This document shows, in pieces, positions 27,869-32,000 of a DNA stretch of 32,000 nt (position 1 is the stretch's first letter; every line of letters begins with the position of its first letter). The notes below the pieces were generated by a model, which did not search any database, was not told the origin of the DNA, and saw only the letters and a list, made by a program, of their open reading frames with translations. This DNA comes from Corynebacterium amycolatum (GTDB taxonomy: Bacteria; Actinomycetota; Actinomycetes; Mycobacteriales; Mycobacteriaceae), in NCBI RefSeq assembly GCF_049243625.1, contig NZ_CP046975.1. One strand, written 5' to 3'. Both the position numbers and the translations under genes were made by a program.

Positions 27869-28726
27869 ATGGCTGACCTAGCTAAAGCAGCACCGAAGCG
27901 TAAGCCCCGTAAGGCACATGAGGCAACAGTTATTGGACGTCGCCAGATCTCTCCAGACCTTGTTCGTTTGAGCATGAACTCGCCTGCATTTGTGGGCAAG
28001 GAGCTGGAATTTACCGACCATTACATCAAGTTACTGTTTGTGCCAGAGGAAGCTGATTACTCCTGGCCGTTCGATATTGCGCAAATTCGCGCCGAACAGC
28101 CGAGAGATAAACTGCCAATCACCCGCACCTACACTCTGATTAATCTGGACTCCGAAACGGGCGACTTCGATGTCGACTTCGTCACCCACGGCGATTCCGG
28201 CCTGGCTGGGCCTTGGGCACGGGTAGCTGAAGTCGGAGACAAGCTTGGCTTCTTAGGGCCAGGTGGCGCGTGGGGGCCTGCGGCAGAATATGAACACTTT
28301 GTACTCGCCGGCGATGAGTCCGCAGCACCAGCGATCAGCGCCGGACTGAAGCACCTCCCAGAAGGCACGACTGCAACCGCATACATCGAAGTCGAAGCCG
28401 AAGATCGCAAGTTTGAGCTCCCAACCCGAGAGGGCGTGGAAATCCATTGGGTTCTCCGCAACGGCGCAACCCACGGCACAGAGCTATCCCGCACGGTGCG
28501 CGAGGCGGGTATTCCAGAGGATAAGGAAACTAGCTGGTTCATCCACGGTGTCGCCGAGATGATTAAGGAACTGCGTCGCTTCCTCTTCGTTGAATCTGAG
28601 GTCCCGAAGAAGGACGTTTCAATCTCTGGCTATTGGCGTATCGGCATGACTGAAGACCAGTGGCAGTCCTCTAAACGAGAATTCAACGCTGAGGTTGAGG
28701 CCGAGGAGGAAAAGGCCAGGGCCTGA
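27869..28726 (+). CDS. Siderophore-interacting protein (SIP/ViuB-type FAD-binding ferric-siderophore reductase)
   Basis: FAD-binding domain with the RTYT motif (ITRTYTLI), then ...FVLAGDESAAPAISAGL... and the C-terminal SISGYWRIGMTEDQWQ typical of the SIP family. ATG at 27869; GTG at 27860 is the alternative. Confidence 0.85.
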   Translation: MADLAKAAPKRKPRKAHEATVIGRRQISPDLVRLSMNSPAFVGKELEFTDHYIKLLFVPEEADYSWPFDIAQIRAEQPRDKLPITRTYTLINLDSETGDFDVDFVTHGDSGLAGPWARVAEVGDKLGFLGPGGAWGPAAEYEHFVLAGDESAAPAISAGLKHLPEGTTATAYIEVEAEDRKFELPTREGVEIHWVLRNGATHGTELSRTVREAGIPEDKETSWFIHGVAEMIKELRRFLFVESEVPKKDVSISGYWRIGMTEDQWQSSKREFNAEVEAEEEKARA

Positions 28727-28740
28727 CGCTTGCTCGAACG

Positions 28741-29319
28741 CTAGCGCTCGCTACGCCCTTTTTCAACAACGACGCGTTTTCCTGCCAACCAGTCGAATGG
28801 GTGCCAGCGGCAAACAGCAACCCAAATCATCAGGACACCAAAAAACAGTCTAACGATTGGCTCCAAATCCGTAAGCAAGAAAATCATCAACAATAGGTAG
28901 CAATTACGTACCGCCGCCTGCCAACCTCCGCGCCAAGAATCGTCTCCTGACTCGAGCTCCGATGTTCCCTCTGGCTGAGCGGCTTCGAACGGAGTCGCCC
29001 CAGAGTCTACTTTCCACGCTGGCTCAACGTGTAGCAAAAATGAGCTTTTCCCAAACGTCTGTTCACCGCGTGCCTCTGCAACCACGCGCACAATGAAAAA
29101 GACAACTGGGAAAATGGCACCATACAAAATTCTGAACTCTGGCGGGCTCGGCAGCGCCCAGCTCGCCGTGGCTGCTTCCCACGCAAGTTTGCCAAGTGCC
29201 ACAATGATGGCAACAAAGATTCCTACAAGGAACGAATCCAGCATCCACGCACCACTGCGTCGAGCGAACAGATCCGCATTACTCTTTACGGAGAATCGAT
29301 TCGAGATGCGCTGTTTCAT
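28741..29319 (-). CDS. RDD-family membrane protein
   Basis: The N-terminal FARRSGAWMLDSFLVGIF and C-terminal HPFDWLAGKRVVV resemble the R..D and D..AgT.VV ends of RDD domains, with three to four TM helices between them. The start is ambiguous (29319, 29328 or 29343). Confidence 0.6.
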   Translation of the reverse strand: MKQRISNRFSVKSNADLFARRSGAWMLDSFLVGIFVAIIVALGKLAWEAATASWALPSPPEFRILYGAIFPVVFFIVRVVAEARGEQTFGKSSFLLHVEPAWKVDSGATPFEAAQPEGTSELESGDDSWRGGWQAAVRNCYLLLMIFLLTDLEPIVRLFFGVLMIWVAVCRWHPFDWLAGKRVVVEKGRSER

Positions 29320-29523
29320 CGGGCACATGCTATCAAAAATCACTTATAGCTTCGCAGACGAATTCTCGATTCTGGCCGCACCCGCTCTGCCACGGTTAGA
29401 AGCATCTAGTATGCAAATCGAAAAGTCGACTGTATAGTTGCCGGTTGAATCAACCTATCTATTGGATGCTAGCTCCTTCCATGCCAGTAACTCGGCAAGT
29501 AAACCTACAGCTGGCTCCCCCCA

Positions 29524-30237
29524 GTGGTTTTTCAGGAGACGCCGACCCAGAAAGCCGAGAATAAACCACGCGAAACAGGCCCGAGAAGCCCAGAAAGTGA
29601 GCTGGATGTGAATACGCGAACTCAGCTGTCAACCGTACAACACCCTCAACTCACTGTCCGCCGGTGCAAGAACCGCCGGCACCTGGCGCTGGCCTGCAGC
29701 TTCCTCACTTTCGCAGCCACTGCCACCAGCTGCGCCAACGGCGAAAGCGAGGAGGTTGCGGCGACGCAAACCTCGTCGTCAAGCTTGCTTACTACGGTGT
29801 CGACAACAAGCTCGCCGACGACGACCGGGCCAAAGGTTCGAGAAGGCGGCACGCCGCGCATTGGGCAGCTGTGCCCGAACCAGATCGGCGAGATACGAAT
29901 GAGCGCCAACGGCCAGGATCTTGAATGCGCACAGGTCGGCGGGCAGGAAGTGTGGACGGTGCTGCAGCAGACCTCCGCGGACCCGACATCGCAGCAAATG
30001 TGGATCTCCACTACTCCAACGACCTCTGAGCCACAGCCTCAGGAACCTGAGCCGACGGCTCCGAGCGAGAGCACAACGGAGACGAGTGAGACGGAGAGCT
30101 CGACGACCTCTGATGCATCCACGCCGCCCACTACTTCAACGACTCCGACAACCTCCGGCGAGCCGACGGAATCGGAATCAGAGCAAGAAGAGCAGCCAAG
30201 CGAAGATAATCAAGGGCTCACCGGTCTGTTCCGCTAG
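29524..30237 (+). CDS. Putative secreted lipoprotein with acidic Ser/Thr/Pro-rich C-terminal tail
   Basis: Signal-like segment RRHLALACSFLTFAATATSC with a lipobox-like ATSC. The tail is ...TSEPQPQEPEPTAPSESTTETSETESSTTSDASTPPTTSTTPTTSGEPTESESEQEEQ. The start is uncertain (GTG 29524 or GTG 29608). Confidence 0.5.
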   Translation: MVFQETPTQKAENKPRETGPRSPESELDVNTRTQLSTVQHPQLTVRRCKNRRHLALACSFLTFAATATSCANGESEEVAATQTSSSSLLTTVSTTSSPTTTGPKVREGGTPRIGQLCPNQIGEIRMSANGQDLECAQVGGQEVWTVLQQTSADPTSQQMWISTTPTTSEPQPQEPEPTAPSESTTETSETESSTTSDASTPPTTSTTPTTSGEPTESESEQEEQPSEDNQGLTGLFR

Positions 30238-30312
30238 GTTCGTCTCGGGCGGCGAGGTTCGTCGGCTTGGTACTCATTAGGTAAGGTGCGCTAGCTCGCC
30301 CTAAAACACCAA

Positions 30313-30341
30313 AATCCGCTGCAACAATACTGCAGCGGATT
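30313..30341. terminator. Bidirectional terminator between the lipoprotein gene and gcvT
   Basis: AATCCGCTGCA acaatac TGCAGCGGATT. On the minus strand it is followed by TTGGTGTTTT. Confidence 0.65.
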
Positions 30342-30425
30342 CTTGTGATTGCAGAATCGCTCAGGCTGTGGCAAGCCTGAACGAAACTTCGGCTCGCCAC
30401 AACGCGGCCGAACAAGCGGGCTCCC

Positions 30426-31598
30426 CTACTTGCGGTGACGACGGTTGTAGAACGGCGTCGGCACGACGGTAGCGGTAATGTCGGCGCCTTCGACGGTTAG
30501 CTCAGTGCCAGTGGAGGACTGCCAACGCTGAACGTATGCAAAACCGATGGGGTAGCCCAAAGTCGGCGACACCTTGGCGGAAGTCAGCACACCAACCTCG
30601 TTACCTTCCGCATCAATGAGCTTGGTGCCACGCTTCGGAGCTTCATCGCCGGAGAAACGCAGACCAACCAGCAGCTCCTTCGACTGCGGACGGTTAATCA
30701 GGGCATTTCGCCCAATAAACTGCCCCTTGGTCGGCCCCATGATGGACTTCAGGCCGGCCTCCAGCGGAGTGCGGTCTCGAGTCAGCTCGTAGCCATAGAG
30801 CGGCATACCGGCCTCAAGACGTAGGGTGTCGCGGCAGGCCAGACCACACGGCAGCAGGCCGAGGTCAGCGCCGTTGTCAGCCGGATCCTCCGGATTTTCC
30901 ACCTTGCCACCTGCTGCAATGATTGCACGCCAGACTTCGACGGCGCGGTCAGCCGGCGGGAAGATCTCGAAGCCGTCCTCACCGGTGTAGCCGGTTCGGG
31001 CGACAATCATTTCCACACCTGCGACCTCGAGCAGGGTGCAAGAGTAGTAATTCATGCCATCGAGGGTCGCGTGCAGATCCTGCGGCAGCAGACGGCGCAG
31101 AAGCTTCGCAGCCTTCGGCCCCTGAATGGCCAGGAGCACATTCTTGTCATTCATGCGCTCAACCTGGACGTTGTAGCCACCAACGCGCTCGCGCAGCGTC
31201 GAGTACACATCTTCAGCGGCTGCGGCATTCTGCACCAGCATGAATTCGTGACTACCGAGACGGTAAATGATGAGGTCATCAATAATGCCGCCGTCTTCCT
31301 GCACAATCATGGTGTACTTGGCACGACCCAACGCCAGCGGCTTGATTGCCGAAATCAGGGAGTGTGCAAGGAACGCCGCCGCATCCTCACCAGTGACGCG
31401 GATGATACCCATTAGCGACAGGTCGAAAACACCAACGGCCTCACGCACTGCGTTGTGCTCTGCAATTTCCGAAGAGTAGCGGAACGGCACTTCGTAGCCA
31501 CCAACATTGCGCATTTCTGCGCCAAGGCTTACGTGCTCATCATGCAGGGCGCTACGGAAAGAATTGTTGTTCTCAGAAGCGCCAGAATTGTCAGTCAT
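30426..31598 (-). CDS. gcvT: Glycine cleavage system aminomethyltransferase GcvT
   Basis: ...HDEHVSLGAEMRNVGGYEVPFRYSSEIAEHNAVREAVGVFDLSLMG..., ARTGYTGEDGFEI and PCGLACRDTLRLEAGMPLYG are canonical GcvT. ATG at 31598 lies 5 nt after GGAG. The track extension to 31769 is unsupported. Confidence 0.88.
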   Translation of the reverse strand: MTDNSGASENNNSFRSALHDEHVSLGAEMRNVGGYEVPFRYSSEIAEHNAVREAVGVFDLSLMGIIRVTGEDAAAFLAHSLISAIKPLALGRAKYTMIVQEDGGIIDDLIIYRLGSHEFMLVQNAAAAEDVYSTLRERVGGYNVQVERMNDKNVLLAIQGPKAAKLLRRLLPQDLHATLDGMNYYSCTLLEVAGVEMIVARTGYTGEDGFEIFPPADRAVEVWRAIIAAGGKVENPEDPADNGADLGLLPCGLACRDTLRLEAGMPLYGYELTRDRTPLEAGLKSIMGPTKGQFIGRNALINRPQSKELLVGLRFSGDEAPKRGTKLIDAEGNEVGVLTSAKVSPTLGYPIGFAYVQRWQSSTGTELTVEGADITATVVPTPFYNRRHRK

Positions 31599-31767
31599 AC
31601 ACACTCCAATTATTGCGGTGGGGCAAACCAGATTGTTACCTTCCCACCTTATATCTAAGACTCCGAGCTCGCTTCCGCGAGCCCCTGCAGAGCTAGGGCA
31701 ACAGCCCCGTCCATTAACTATCATGCACTGATTCGCACATGCTTGACGACGACCCCGCGCCCACCAC

Positions 31768-31803
31768 AAAGGCCCCGCTACCAGTGACGATAACGGGGCC
31801 TTT
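31768..31803 (-). terminator. Terminator hairpin downstream of the partial minus-strand gene
   Basis: AAAGGCCCCG (16-nt loop) CGGGGCCTTT. Confidence 0.5.
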
Positions 31804-31877
31804 GCATTTGTCTATTCAGTTAATTGAGATTGGCTGAGCTGTTCGGGCAGCGCTGCCAGCCAAGGACTCAGTGGTTA

Positions 31878-32000
31878 TTAGTGATCAACCGCAGCCTCGG
31901 TACCGACACCGGTCAGGGAGCGAACTTCCATCTCAGCTGCCAGGTCATCGAAGTTATCCGGCTTGCCCATGTAGGTGGCGATGATGCCAGCCAAGAACGC
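31878..32000 (-). CDS. 3' end of a minus-strand gene truncated by the window edge (probable membrane or transport protein C-terminus)
   Basis: My translation of the reverse strand is AFLAGIIATYMGKPDNFDDLAAEMEVRSLTGVGTEAAVDH*, an open frame to the window edge followed by a terminator. I cannot assign a family from 40 residues. Confidence 0.4.
   Translation of the reverse strand, partial: AFLAGIIATYMGKPDNFDDLAAEMEVRSLTGVGTEAAVDH

Noticed and set aside
31599-31767. Glycine riboswitch upstream of gcvT
   Set aside because: There are only vague resemblances (GCTCTGCAGGGG, CGCGGAAGCGAGC), and the conserved cores are missing. A GGTGGGGCAAA string exists, but on the wrong strand.

Overview
This window looks like a moderately high-GC actinobacterial chromosome. 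The gene order matches what I recall for Corynebacterium: mscL, moaB, an HtrA/PepD protease, the MprB/MprA-type two-component system, a ribosomal-protein cluster, purE/purK, birA, accD1 (dtsR1), accD2 (dtsR2), accE, maf, thtR and accBC. Most of the window is conserved housekeeping. It covers envelope stress, six ribosomal proteins that all lack zinc-ribbon cysteines, purine synthesis, and the biotin-dependent acyl-CoA carboxylase locus for fatty and mycolic acids. The accessory or unusual parts are as follows. (1) An intact IS481-type element lies exactly at the 3' end of tRNA-Arg(CCT), bracketed by a 14-bp direct repeat that rebuilds the tRNA end, and it carries an asymmetric array of a 20-bp palindromic motif at its ends. 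(2) A lower-GC two-gene cassette (small XRE HTH regulator plus a 4-TM membrane protein) sits between accE and maf. (3) An orphan ATP-grasp-like protein lies inside the carboxylase neighbourhood. (4) An orphan cobF overlaps a small unknown ORF by 50 nt. (5) A siderophore-interacting protein gene has a strong DtxR/IdeR-type iron box. (6) A membrane-anchored GltS-like FMN protein is paired with an adenylation-like conserved hypothetical. I found no CRISPR array, no rRNA and no convincing multi-gene novel system such as a defence island. The items above are the best candidates for follow-up, and all functional calls rest on motif and family recognition by eye, not on database searches.
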